Origin: Lama guanicoe
Lineage: Eukaryota
Reading direction: 5' to 3'
Length of the DNA: 64,000 nucleotides
NCBI GenBank assembly: GCA_013239625.1
Contig: MU053754.1
Location: 124,001 to 188,000, forward strand
Shown here: positions 49,245-61,144 of the stretch, piece by piece
Position numbering within the stretch: the first letter of the stretch is position 1
Layout: every line of letters begins with the position of its first letter
The notes under the pieces: model-generated
Databases searched by the model: none
What the model saw: the letters and a program-made list of their open reading frames with translations, nothing else
Told to the model about the DNA's origin: nothing
Translations under genes and position numbers: made by a program

Positions 49245-50474
49245 GACTGGGAAGGGAGGGGTTTGAAGAAGCCGTAGCTTTGTCTCGTTTAAGTCAAGTC
49301 TGTGACGTGGCCTTGAGGCGTGTTGGTGCCGTCTAAGGCTCTAAGCAGTGCTCCCTGAGGAAATGAGCCGATGGGGTGGGGCTCAGAGTCCTGGAGGTTC
49401 AGGCGTGCCGCTGTCTGTGTGATGAGTCTGTGATGTGGTGACGCAGGTGTGCATGAGCATTGACGATACCTCTGTGAAGTGACATCTGATCACTGCCTGG
49501 AGGCAGGCGTTTCTGGGGCTATCTGGCCAACCAGGAAGGCTTCGGGCTAACCCCCCTGCCCTCAGCAGAGAAGGTGCCTGGAAAAAGCACTCACCCCATT
49601 AACGCTGATGGTAGGACAGAAGCCACTGTTCTGTGATTCGTATCCAGACAGGAGCGTCAGACTTAAAAGGAGACGGTATCTGGGTGATATGTGCTCCAAG
49701 GGAAGATCGTAAGGGTTGTGAAGGTTCCATAAAGGGATGTTCAGGTTTCTTGCGTGTTTCTCCTCGTGGTCAGTGACTGTGAAATGTGAAAGGAGCACTT
49801 CACCAAAACAGGAAATGCATTTGGGAACAAACAAGGCAGTGTCGGGATCCCGTGACCATACTTCACTCCAAGATAGCAGGTCCCTTCTCCCACCCACCTT
49901 CCAGCTCCTTGGACTGCAGTCCCCTGCACGAGGGAGGTTTCAGGTGTGGTCTGGACGCCTCCGGTGGTTCCTGGCAGTCAGTTGGAGGCATCAGGGTGAG
50001 TCGGGCACGAGAAGTGCCACTTCCGCGTCTGGCAGAGATAGGGCGGACTGCAGCACTGTGCTGGCTGCAGTGTGCTTCCGTCACTTTTCCCGACAGGTGA
50101 TCTCCTGGCACCCCTAGCAAAGCAGGCTGAGTGACTCAGGTGCAGGAGGCAGACCAGGAGAGCCTAGGTCATTGCTGCTGGAGTGGAATCTCAGTCTGAC
50201 TCTTAGGAGCATGAGACCAAGGGAATTCAGCTGAGGTTTGGATTAAATCCAATATGGACAAATAAAAGAATAAACTGGAGAGAAGGGAAAAAACCTGAAA
50301 AGTTATAGAGCTTCAGAAAATGTCTGAATGACCCAGAGGGAGTAACTTCTTATCTGGCAGGATGTGCGCAGATAAAGTAAACGTAGTTACAGAAATATCA
50401 CATGGGTTTTCGTAAAAGAATATGCTTGTATCTCCTTTCTCTTTGCCACTTCCATTCTGTCCCTCCCAGCTCTC

Positions 50475-50935
50475 TTCATCCATGTGTGTTAATTGAGCAC
50501 CTACTGTGTTCTGCATACTGTGCTCCGACTTGGGAGCATAAAAATGCTTCTGTACCCTCTGAAGGTCACAATACTTAGTGGAGGACAGACGTGTGCAGTG
50601 ACAGGCAACATCATGGTGGCTACTTTGTCCGGGTGGACACTGTGCTTTAACAGACAGCAATGTGATGATTTCTGATTATATTGAGGGAGTGAATTGTGGC
50701 TCAAATGGGTTTTATCGGACAGTGGAGATTGATAAGAGTATTCTATTCAAAGAGAGTAGAGAAAGCCAATCACAAAGTTATAAAGGTGCACTGCAGATTT
50801 CAGCTACCTGCCAGAAGTTTTGTGGGGCCCGCGTGGTTGAACAGGAATAGGCAGAAGTGGTAGGTGGGGCTGGAAGTGTAAGTTGGGGCTGTATTATCAA
50901 AGGCCTCCAACGCCATGCACGGGAGGGTGGATCTT
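50475..50935 (-). mobile_element. L2 3' fragment
   Basis: aattgagcacctactgtgttctgcatactgtgct...gtaccctctgaaggtcaca...tagtggaggacagac, an antisense L2 3' end. Confidence 0.65.
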
Positions 50936-52299
50936 CAAGATACACGAGTGACACTTTGTCTTTTGCATCACGTTTTAATTTCATCTTGACCAACATGGAT
51001 TATATTTACATATATATTTGCAGAATTTTTTTTAATATATGAAAGTATAATTTGGGGGCAACAGATTTTATTTATATTTATAAAATATTTTTAAAATACA
51101 TAAATATGATTTTTTCTTCAATTTAGGTCGAAAAACATTTCTTCTTTCATTGCCAATTTCTTCTTTACATTTCCTGTTGACAAAGAAATGAACCCATTTC
51201 CAGGCGAAATACAGCTGAAGACGAGCAAGTACCTAAAAGCTCAACCTCTGTGCTCTGATTTCCACTGAGGAGCAAGGCAGTGTTTCAGAAGGCCCTCAGT
51301 TGCTCGCAGCCCCCATTGCCTTGGATCTGGATTCCCCCCTACTCAGAATGTAAATATACTTCTCTTCCAAGGGATCCCACAAAGAAAGTGGTAGGTTTCC
51401 TGACCCCTTGGCGGTCACACAACACTCCAGCGTTCACGTTGCTTTGGTTCCTTATTTCCACCTGTGAGCAGGGTACACTCACCCTTTCATCACCCCCCAC
51501 CCCCTAACTCAGAGGGGACAAGCTGACGGGGCTTTTCAAAGTCAGAACAGTCCTTGCCCTCGACAGGTAGAGAGCTTAACCAAGTCTCAGGATTTCAGGC
51601 TCCTTTGTCTGCAATTCCTGAGGTGTGTTATCTGGCCTCGCCACACACAGCCCTGGAATTTGCTAATTACTGATTTCGCACTGAATAGGAAAAGGGGAAG
51701 CTGTATTGAATATAAGCACAGCATTTTCAGAAAACCCATCATCTTTTGACTTGCATCTTTGGAAAGCGGTTAAATTTCTCTATCCAGTGGCTCAGGGGAA
51801 TGGGATTTACTGAGAGGTGTAAGGTGAGGTCCATGTGGACAAGGGGTGAAAAGGAACGTGCTCCTGTCACCTTTCTGTACCCTCGAAGGCCCTAGGCCAA
51901 GGAGGTACTGGGAATATTGTTCTGGATAGGAGAATGGGGTGGTGCCTATAATCTGGAAAAGGGAGTTTGTGTTCGTCAAACAAAGTATGCATATTTTAAT
52001 TAATTATAAAGTCATTGTATATAATACATGAAACACTGTATAAGTATCATAGGACAATATAAATATGTTTGTATATGTGTATGTCTGTGAAGATACATGT
52101 ATATATATTTACATTCATATTTATTTTTTCATAGCCTAGAGTCTGGCCTCTTTGCCCCCACGAGACTTCAGCGTGATAGCAAATTATCCAGAATATTTTC
52201 CAGAAGGAATGGTCTCTGTTGATGGGTCGGATAACACGATTAAATTGAACGCATTTTAGAGAAGTTTTACTGTGATTATAGAACTATTAATTTCTTTTA

Positions 52300-52456
52300 A
52301 AACTGTTTTATTGTTGTATTATTTTGTTGTTTTATCTTGGCAGTGGGGAGGTAATTAGGTTTGTTTATTCCTGGAGGAGGTACTGGGGCTTGAACCCAGG
52401 ATCGCATGCATGCTAAGTGTGTGCTCTGACACGGAGCTGTACCCTTCCCCCCTCCC
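52300..52456 (-). mobile_element. vic-1-type SINE
   Basis: ggggaggtaattaggtttg...ggaggtactggggcttgaacccagg...catgctaag...gagctgtacccttcccc. Confidence 0.88.
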
Positions 52457-53288
52457 AGGGCAGTTAGTACCGAAGTCATAGTAAGTTGGTCGTAGGTCTG
52501 AGTTGCAGAATGAGAGATGCCCACTTTTATCTTGTTGTCATGTATCTGGTTTTACTCCAAGAGTGTCTGATCAGGTTTCCCCGGCAGCAAGTTTCGCAAC
52601 TGTTGAACAAACGCAATTTGACATTATAGGGGAAAACTCATGTTTCTAATCCATCTGTTCACTGAGAGAAGAGAGAGAAAAAAGCATCACTGTAAAGAGA
52701 GCATTGAGTGAGTAAGATATTTGCAGCACACAGCACAGGCCAGTGACCCACACTGGTAACTTCCCTGTTTTGTGTACCATCCCGTAAGACCCAGTGCTGA
52801 TGAAACGCAGATGCAGACCTGCACATGCAAACAGTTGTGACAAGAGAGGAGAGTGGGTTCCTTGGCCTTGTTCTCCTGAGGCTTGTTGCTTGGGTTAGGT
52901 GGAACACAAATTTGCTGAGCTGGCTCCAAGCCAGGCATGGGAGAGAGCCAAGGGGATGATGCCACCACCTTCTGCTTCATGAAGCTCAGATCTACTTGTT
53001 AATTATGTGGAGAACCCATCATCGAGAGAGGATGAATCAGATGAGTCCAAGGACCAGTAGGAATCTTGCTCCACCTGACTTTCTCCGGAATGGTAGACAC
53101 TTTGCAGCTCCAAATCCCGATGACAGTTACTAGTTGAGAAATCAGGTGATCCTCACGTTAAAAATGTAACTCATGGTTTTTGCCATGCTCACAGGCTGCT
53201 CTAATGAGTATAAAACTTGAGTTTTTGTTTCTTTTCCTATGAGAATACATCAAGGATGATTCAATCAATGGCAGTTTTTCTCTATGCA

Positions 53289-53386
53289 TATCCATCCATC
53301 CATCTAATCTATCTATCTATCTATCTATCCATCTATCCATCTAATCAACCAGTCTGTCTATCCATCCATCCATCCATCCATCCATC
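53289..53386. repeat. Compound (TCCA)n/(TCTA)n microsatellite
   Basis: tccatccatccatctaatctatctatctatctatctatccatctatccat...atccatccatccatccatccatcc. Confidence 0.9.
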
Positions 53387-53760
53387 TTGTCTTTCTTATC
53401 ATTTTAAGTAGCTCCTTGGTATCTTGTTGATAAACGGTACGATGATTTCTTCAGCCAGCCCTATTGATGGATATTTGGAGTGTTTGTAAGCTTCTTTCTA
53501 TTTCACACAGAAATAGGAGGAAGATGTTTGCATGTCTCTTTGAATGTTTGTCTGACTGTCCCCTGGGACCCGTTTCTAAGGTGGATTTGTTGAGTGGATG
53601 GGCAAGCACACTGAAGATTGCTGGTACTGTTTCCAGCTGTTCTTTGATGCATTTACTGACAGTGCATAGTGATACTCGGTGGTGCCAGGCTTTTTCATCT
53701 TTGTCAGTCTAGTTGTGGAAACAGACATTTTTTGGATTCATATTCATGAGGAAGATGTTT

Positions 53761-53902
53761 GTTTGTTTTTTTGGGGGGGGTAGGTAATTAAGTTTATTTA
53801 TGTATTTTTAATAAAATTTTTCTTAAGTGGAGGTACTGGGGATTGAACCCAGGACCTTGTGCATGCTAAGCATGTGCTCTACCCCTTAGCTATACCCTCC
53901 CC
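53761..53902 (-). mobile_element. vic-1-type SINE
   Basis: ggaggtactggggattgaacccaggaccttgtgcatgctaagcatgtgctctacc...gctataccctcccc. TSD aggaagatgttt / aggaaactgttt. Confidence 0.93.
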
Positions 53903-53945
53903 TAGGAAACTGTTTTTTAGAACTCAACTCTTATAAGGAAAACAA

Positions 53946-54124
53946 TTTTTTAATGTATTTTTATTGAAGTGCAGTCAGTTTACGATGTGTGTCAATTTCT
54001 GGTGTACAGCACAGTGCTTCAGTCACATAGGAACACACGTACATTCGTTCTCGTATTCTTCACCGTAGGTTACTATGAGATATCGAATATGGTTCCCTGT
54101 GCTACACAGTATAAACTTCTTGTT
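53946..54124 (-). mobile_element. Short camelid L1 3' end
   Basis: tttattgaagtgcagtcagtttacgatgtg...caccgtaggttactatgagatatcgaatatggttccctgtgctacacag. Confidence 0.88.
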
Positions 54125-56795
54125 CTTGTAAGAAAAAGTTTTCTAAGATTTTCCCTCTTTGCCATATATGGACTTTTTTCTTTTCCTTAATATTACAGTG
54201 ATTCCTGGTGAGTCTCTCTGGATCATACTGAAACTAAGTTTTTTGTTAAATTTTACTTGCAAAAAAGGGCTCATAACTAAGGAAAAGTAAAAGTTTCGAA
54301 GGACGTGCAGTTATTTATTTGTTGGGAAACTCCCGGCTCTGAGTCTAGGAAACCGAACAGCAGTGTTAACACTGCTCAGACGTGGAAACCTTTTGTTCAA
54401 CATTCTCTATTGAGCTCTGTGTTATGGAGAAGATATAAAAATCAGGGTCACTTAAGCACTTACAATTCTCTTAACAAAAACCCATTTCATCTGCTTTAGT
54501 GTCGTTAATTTTCATCTAGCGTGTGTATGAGAAAAGAATAAAGGTAGCTAAATCATTCTTTGAAAGCAAATGAATTATTAGTAAGAAATGAGAAACCAAG
54601 AGCACTGTGAAGCAAAATGAAATTAACAGATGTTTAAAATCTGAAATCCGTGGTAAAAAGGAAGTGTTCTCCAGGCAGTAAGGTGAGAAATGACATTTTA
54701 TCTGGAGCTTGGGTAGAAATCTCTTTCCATGGTTTGGAGAAAATGGATTTAATTTTTTTTTCCATACAACGGCAGTGACTTTGATGGACAGATTGAGTCT
54801 GAATGACAGTTTGTGTACTATAATCTCATGGGAGTTTGTTGGGTCCCATACATCCACAAGACAAGGTCATCTCTCAGGGATCCTAGTGACTGTGACAAAG
54901 TTCCCACGTAGGGCCCAGAGTCATTCCAGGTGAAATAAAGACAGAAGAATATCGATTTTAGCTGGAAAAGGAGTAGCAGACATTCTGGGCCAGGCTGGGC
55001 TCCTAGGAGGTAAGCTGGAAGGGAGTGAGGGTCTACCTGCAGGCCAGACCCTGGGGCTGGGGGTAGAGGCTGGGTTGGACACTGATGCCTTTGGGGGGCA
55101 GGTAGACAGCCCTCCAGGATGGAACTGGCAGGGTGGGAATGCCAGGTCGGGCGGGGCAGATGCTCCCTGCACGTACATCCATGGTTGCTGAGTAGAAATG
55201 CTGGCTGTGCGTTACCAGACCCTCTGCTTTTCAAGATGAGAGTCCCTTGTCATGATGAGGATGATACAACCCCAACCGCTTGTTCCAAGGACAGTCATCC
55301 AAGATGACTGCCTTCTTTCCACTATTTATTTTATTATGTGTTTTTTCTGGACCACATGCCAGCATCAGGGTATTCGAGAAGTGTGTGGACGTATGTGGCT
55401 GTCTCTATCCAGGGGACCCTAGGTCTTGCTTTGACCAAAACAGTCTTGAAAAAGGAAACAAATGAAGGGTTCAGAGTTTCAGCAGCAAATTTTAGCTTCC
55501 CCTCCTCCCACCGAGGGCATGAATGTTATCAAAGACACTTCTGTTTGCAAACAATAGAATTCCTCTTACACAGGCTCAACAAAATGAGCAATTTATTACA
55601 AGAATGCCACAGAATCGTTCAGAAACTGGGAAGGGGATGTGGAGCAGGGCCTCTGGAGGAATGAAAAGATGGAGTGCACGCCAAAAATACTAGAAAACAG
55701 ACATTAGGTTTTCCTCCCTCTGCCTGCGTGGTCTTGTAGGGGAAAAAAAAAAGTGCGCTTTAATGAGAAACTGCATTATAGCTGCCCAGCTCCCCTCCAG
55801 GCCGCTGTTCATTGTCTTTGAGCTGTTTTCCACCTCTTTGTAAACTGAAGGTAACTGATTGATTTGCAAAATGCCTCGTTTTAACCGACCACCTCCTCTC
55901 CAAAAAGGAGTTTCCTTCATTTGCAATTCAATGCCTTTGCTCTGTAAGAATTTTTGCTTTGTCCTTGCCAAAGGGCAAGGCTGGTTTCCAAACAGATGCC
56001 ATACAGGGGAACAACTTGTTGCAAAGTTGTCCTTGGTTTTGTGGATGCAGCGGTCCCCTTCCTTCTGGGTGTGATGTCCACCTCTGGCTTTGGAACTCTT
56101 CTGATATTCCTGTGCCTAGAACAAAGGTGCTTAGGAAAGGGGTCTGTGGAAAAGGGCTCTACAGAAAAACGGGTGCAGTTTAAAGTCAGGTTGATAAGTG
56201 CTTCTGGCATTTTAAGCAGGCTGAGACCTTCCTGAGACCTCTTGCTTCGGTGGTTGCACAGGCTGGGACAACAGAATGCGAAGAAATCACAAGGGGCTAA
56301 AACTTACTGCAGACATGCACAGTTGGCGAGTGGTGAACAAGATGCACAAAACATCTGACTGTTGTCTATGAGGTGTTGGGGGCCAAGTGGGGGGGGGATG
56401 TGCAGGTCTCCCGAATTTCCCCTCCTCTCCAGCCCAATCCCGGTCAGCAAAAGCATGAGAAAAGCCATTTAAACTATTACACAGTTAAGAAGTTACTAAT
56501 ACCGTATGGTCACCGATGACAATACGGTCCTGCTCGGTTACAGTGTCCATTATGTGAACCCGTTGCTAGAGACTTGGTGTAGACCGAAAGGATACAAAAG
56601 TAGACTTCACGAGTCATGTGATTCAAATTATTCCGTGATAAGTACGGCAGAGAATTTCAGATACACGTCTGTGGGGCTGTGGAAGGGGTCAGAATGCCTT
56701 CCTGGCTGAGGGGATTAAATAAGGCTGCGTGAATCAGTAGCATTCAGTGTGGATCCCACATAAGAGGTCAGATTGAAACGTGTAGGATTCAGGGC

Positions 56796-57358
56796 TGTCA
56801 GGGAGGAAGACATATTTCGTCTGCCCTTCTAAGGCCTTTGGGCTGGTCTAAGAGTTAAATGGACATGAGGCAGATGAACAGGAGGAAAGCACACAAAACT
56901 AGTCACCTGTGTATGTGGGTGAGATTCAGGAAAACTTGAGTCACTCACCAAACTGACGGGACCCTCATCTTCAGCTATAAAGACAAAAGAGCATGTTGGC
57001 GGTAGCGGTTTGAGACTTCAAAGGAGAGGAAGGCCGTTGATATGCAGATAGGAAGCAAATGTTTGTAAACACACGTTGCAGGGCCAGTGCAGAGAGTGGG
57101 ACACACGGTGGACTCTGATCCCCAGACCCTGCTGCGTTTCCCGCACCACACCTGGTCCGTATTCTTTGCAGACATCTCTGCGGATGCTCCATTTGAGGAA
57201 CAAGCCCTCTGTGTAAATTCTTTAGGCGGCTAAGGGGACGTAAAAAGGAAAGACTTCCTGAATCTCCTGTTTCTTAAAAATAATCAGCCTAAATTAATCC
57301 TCATGCCAAAGAGACACTTTTTTTTTTTGGCGGATGGGGACACATTGTGCTCCCTCCA
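56796..57358 (-). mobile_element. ERV1 solo LTR (MER34-family-like)
   Basis: TG...CA ends. Reverse complement starts tggagggagcacaatgtgtcccc...ctttggcatgaggattaatttaggctgattatttttaagaaacag...caggaag, a MER34-type start. Confidence 0.7.
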
Positions 57359-57980
57359 GGAGGAGGGTGGTGGTGTGTTAAAATGTAGAAGGATACCAGA
57401 TGTACTTCCATAAAAATCCCTGCATTTCCTGTAGCCCTCAGCATAGGCTGATGTCTAGCACCCCTGTTTATTGTCCTCTAGGTGTTTTGTGTCTGTTTTT
57501 AAATTGCAGCTCACTGATGGATATGCGGACTCTGTAGACTGGGGTAGACTTCCCTCCTCCCAGTGAAAGAAAGGTTTGCTTCGTTTGAAATTCAGTTGTT
57601 TTTAGTTCATATGCATTGTTGATTTTCCCTTTCCACAGATGGTAACATCTGCCTGTATCTCTCATGTCGAAGGAATAAAATGAAATCTAACATGTATTCA
57701 TTTTGCATCTGCAAGAGTCACAATTTTACCTTGTCTTGAAAACTTTACCTTTTCCCAGGGCTACATTCTTACTTTGCTGCAGTTTGTCTTGCTCCATTTA
57801 GCTGCCAGGTTAATGTCACCTGTGTCAAGAAACCATTTCAGATTCCACGGGATACTTTCATTTTTAAAATTTTTGAAGCTTACTTTTTTTTTTACTGACA
57901 TATAGTTGATTTGCAATGTTGTGTTAGTTTCCGATGTACAGTATAGTGATTCAGTCATACGCATATTCTTTTTCATATTC

Positions 57981-58133
57981 ATTCATTCATTCATTCATTC
58001 ATTTGTATTGAAGTACAATCAATTACAATGTGACAGTTTCTGGTGCACAGCACAATGTCCCGGGCATGCCTATACGTACATACCTTCAGTTTCATATTCT
58101 TTTTCATTAAAGGTTATTACAAGATACTGAATA
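57981..58133 (-). mobile_element. Younger L1 3' tip with (TTCA)n tail nested in the older L1
   Basis: attcattcatt...tattgaagtacaatcaattacaatgtg...cattaaaggttattacaagatactgaata. atattc occurs on both sides. Confidence 0.8.
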
Positions 58134-58142
58134 TTCTTTTTA

Positions 58143-58632
58143 TTGTCGAAAGCAAGTTCGTGCCAGTGTGTGATGATGCACTGTGAGGCCAAACAAACTG
58201 AAACGTCAGAGTTTGGAGCACAGATGTGTTTATTGCCGGGCTGAGCAAGGAGAAAGGCGTGGCTGAGGCTCAAGGAAGCCCTGAACTCCCCTGTGGGTTT
58301 CAGCAAAGCATAATTAAAAGCCAGGTGAGGGGCTGCGGGTGGGGGGTGTCTCAGGATATGTGATCAGTTCGCGCACAATTTTCTGATTGGTTGATGGTTG
58401 ACGTGGAGGGAAGAGGGTGGTCAAAACCGTCAGCCTCTAGGCACCAGAAGGTCTCGGGGCCACGTGCTCTCCATTGTTCAAGTACTTAATTCCTTCCCTT
58501 TGGTGGTAATTTTTAGCATCTGGAAAACTCAGGAGATATAAACTCAGGAGATAATAAACTCAGGAGTTACAGCAGAGGATATGAGGAAGGAGTCTGTCCC
58601 TGGAAGGCCCCCCAGGGTCCTGCTCAGTTATA
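58143..58632 (-). mobile_element. Cetartiodactyl ERV1 solo LTR (MER41-like, name tentative)
   Basis: gtgaggccaaacaaactgaaacgtcagagtttggagca...gtttattg (polyA signal on minus)...ctgattgg (CCAAT on minus)...agggtcctgctcagttata terminus. Confidence 0.78.
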
Positions 58633-59018
58633 ATTTCATTATAGGTTATTGCAAGATATTGAATGTAGTTCCCTGTGCTATACAGTAGGACCTTGTTGTT
58701 TATTTTGTATCTAGTAGTGTATATCTGCTAATCCCAAACTCCTAGTTTATCCCTTCCCTACTCCTCCCCCTTGGTAAACCTAAGTTTGCTTTCTACGTCT
58801 GTGAGTCTGTTTCTGTTTTGTAAATAAGTTCATTCATGTCATTTTTTTTAGATCCATGTGTGAGTGATATCATATGATCTTTGTCTTCCTCTGACTTATT
58901 TCACTTAGTATGATGATCTCTAGGTCCATCCATCTTGCTGCAAATGGCAAAAATTTCATCCTTTTTAATGGCTGAGTAGTATTCCACCATATATTGGTAT
59001 ATAATTCCACTGTATGTT

Positions 59019-59019
<1 letters not shown>

Positions 59020-59066
<47 letters not shown>

Positions 59067-59072
59067 ACACAC
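59020..59072. repeat. (TA)n(CA)n compound microsatellite inside L1
   Basis: tatatatatatatatacacacacacacacacacacacacacatacacacacac. Confidence 0.95.
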
Positions 59073-59638
59073 TGCAAGACATCTTTATCCATCATCTGTC
59101 AGTGGACACCTAGATTGTTTCCATGTCTTGGCTATTGTAAATAGTTCTGCTGTGAACATTGGAGTACATGTGTCTTTTACAATTAGAGTTTTCTCCGGAT
59201 ATATGCCCAGGAGTGGGATTGCTGGCTCATAAGGTAACTATTGTTTTTTTAAGGAACCTCCATACTGTTTTCATAGTGTCTGCACCAACTTACATGGATG
59301 GGGTACTTTCAGATCAGACTCCTGTCCTCAGAAAGAGGAATCGAATTGGCCCAATTTTAGTTGCAGTGTTCACCCTGGTCTAATTTATTGGCAGGGCAAG
59401 GGCCCATTTCATTGTGTGAGGGAAGAAGTTTTAAGACAAAAGGTGATCATCTGTATGTGTTCTCTCTTACGCTGAGGAATTGTGCTCTTAGACTCACTTC
59501 AACTTAAAGCTTTTTTTTTCCCTTTTTGCCAAGGGACGTATCACTTGATATTCTTTTTCATTAAAGGTTATTACAAGATATTGAATAACCTAGTAAGCTC
59601 TTGATTAAGCATTATGCATTTGGAAGGTCTGATTTTTT

Positions 59639-59871
59639 TTTTTAATTGAAGTACTGTCATTTGCAATGTGTTCATTTCTGGTGTACAGCACAATGTCCCA
59701 GTCATGCACATACATACATATATTCATCTTCATAGTTTTTTCATTAAAGGTTATTACAAGATACTGAACATAGTTCCCTGTGCTATACAGAAGAAATTGT
59801 TCTTTTCAAATCTATTTTTATATACAGTAGCTAACATTTGTAAATCTCAAACTCCCAAATTTATCCCTTCC
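59639..59871 (-). mobile_element. Short camelid L1 3' end with perfect long TSD
   Basis: L1 3'UTR flanked by ttggaaggtctgatttttt at 59620-59638 and 59872-59890. Confidence 0.94.
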
Positions 59872-61144
59872 TTGGAAGGTCTGATTTTTTCCAGTGGTCT
59901 GATGTACTGCGTTAATGTTGATGGAATCCTATATAATAAAAATGCAAGATAAAAGCATGAATGTTTAGACTCAATTTACAAAATGTTAGCAGTCCTTTTA
60001 ATTTATGACATTATATTTTTCCCCCAAGGAAGCCTCAAATTGAATCTTCTTTGTAAGATATTGTGAAGTAGAATGAGGTAAATTTTAGGAGAAACATATT
60101 TAGGACCTGTTATATCTCCAAAGCCACATTCTTTAAACTATAGGAGTTCTTCGGTGTCAAGTTTGGTATGATGAAAATTATTTCCCATTTCTACTGGCTG
60201 TCTCACCCTCTTGGCACTACAAAACCATTTATTGTGTATTTATTCCTTTGCAATTCTTGAACTGAGGCAGCAGTATAAGAGCATTTTCTATCCAACCCGG
60301 GAGAGAACTTGATTGCCCTGTTCCTACAGAGGCATCTTCACATTCAATCTGGATCCCTAGGGCATGGAAGATTGAAAGGCGCCCTAGCAGAGGAAAATCT
60401 CACAGCCGCGTTTCAGTTATGTGCTGGGAAGTCAGGACACAACAAATACAACACTGAGGTACGTGCTGCATCATGACTAAACTTTCACAAGACAGACTCG
60501 CAAAAGCAAAAAAAGACAGTGGATTTGACTTAAAATAATCCTTAAATCCACAGCACCGTGGTGTTGGTGATGAAAAAGGGGCCGAGGAGGAAGAATGAGA
60601 AAGGATAAGTCAGAGATAATCTCCTAAACATGACATGTGGCTGGTGAGTCCCTGTGCAGAGAGCTTAAGTTAAAAGAAAAACTTTGGCGGCGTTGTTTTT
60701 TTTTCTAACCTCGGAATATTTTTGTTTCAAGTGAGTATCAGTGCTTGTGCAACACAGATGGTCTGCAAATCTCTATTCACTGGACCACTTGAGTACAGAA
60801 ACTGGAAGAAATGGTCAAAACTGGGAAGCCAGAATTCAGATATTTAGATTTCACAAAATCAATACTATATCACATCCTTTTGGTCTCTTTTTATGTGAGC
60901 ACGTGTCCACTGCAAATATATATATATATATTTTTAAAGTGAAAGTGAAAATTAGGTGTTGGGGATTAAGAGACACGCATTACTATAAATAAAATAAACC
61001 GAATTACCCCCTTTACCTCCGTTTATTGAACCCAGGACCTCGTGCATGCTAAGCATACACTCTGCTCCTGTGCACATTTTATATACATTCACCAGCTGTG
61101 TACAGTTGGCTCAGTTTTTATTTTCCCCTCTCTCTCTTTCCTCC

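Larger units (their letters stand above)
57884..59296 (-). mobile_element. L1 3' end (57884-57980 plus 58633-59296) interrupted by a younger L1 tip and an LTR
   Basis: The 3'UTR ...tttcatattc resumes as tttcattataggttattgcaag at ~58634 and continues into the ORF2 end (PFAARWMDLEIIILSEISQ in ORF 58870-59082). Confidence 0.88.
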
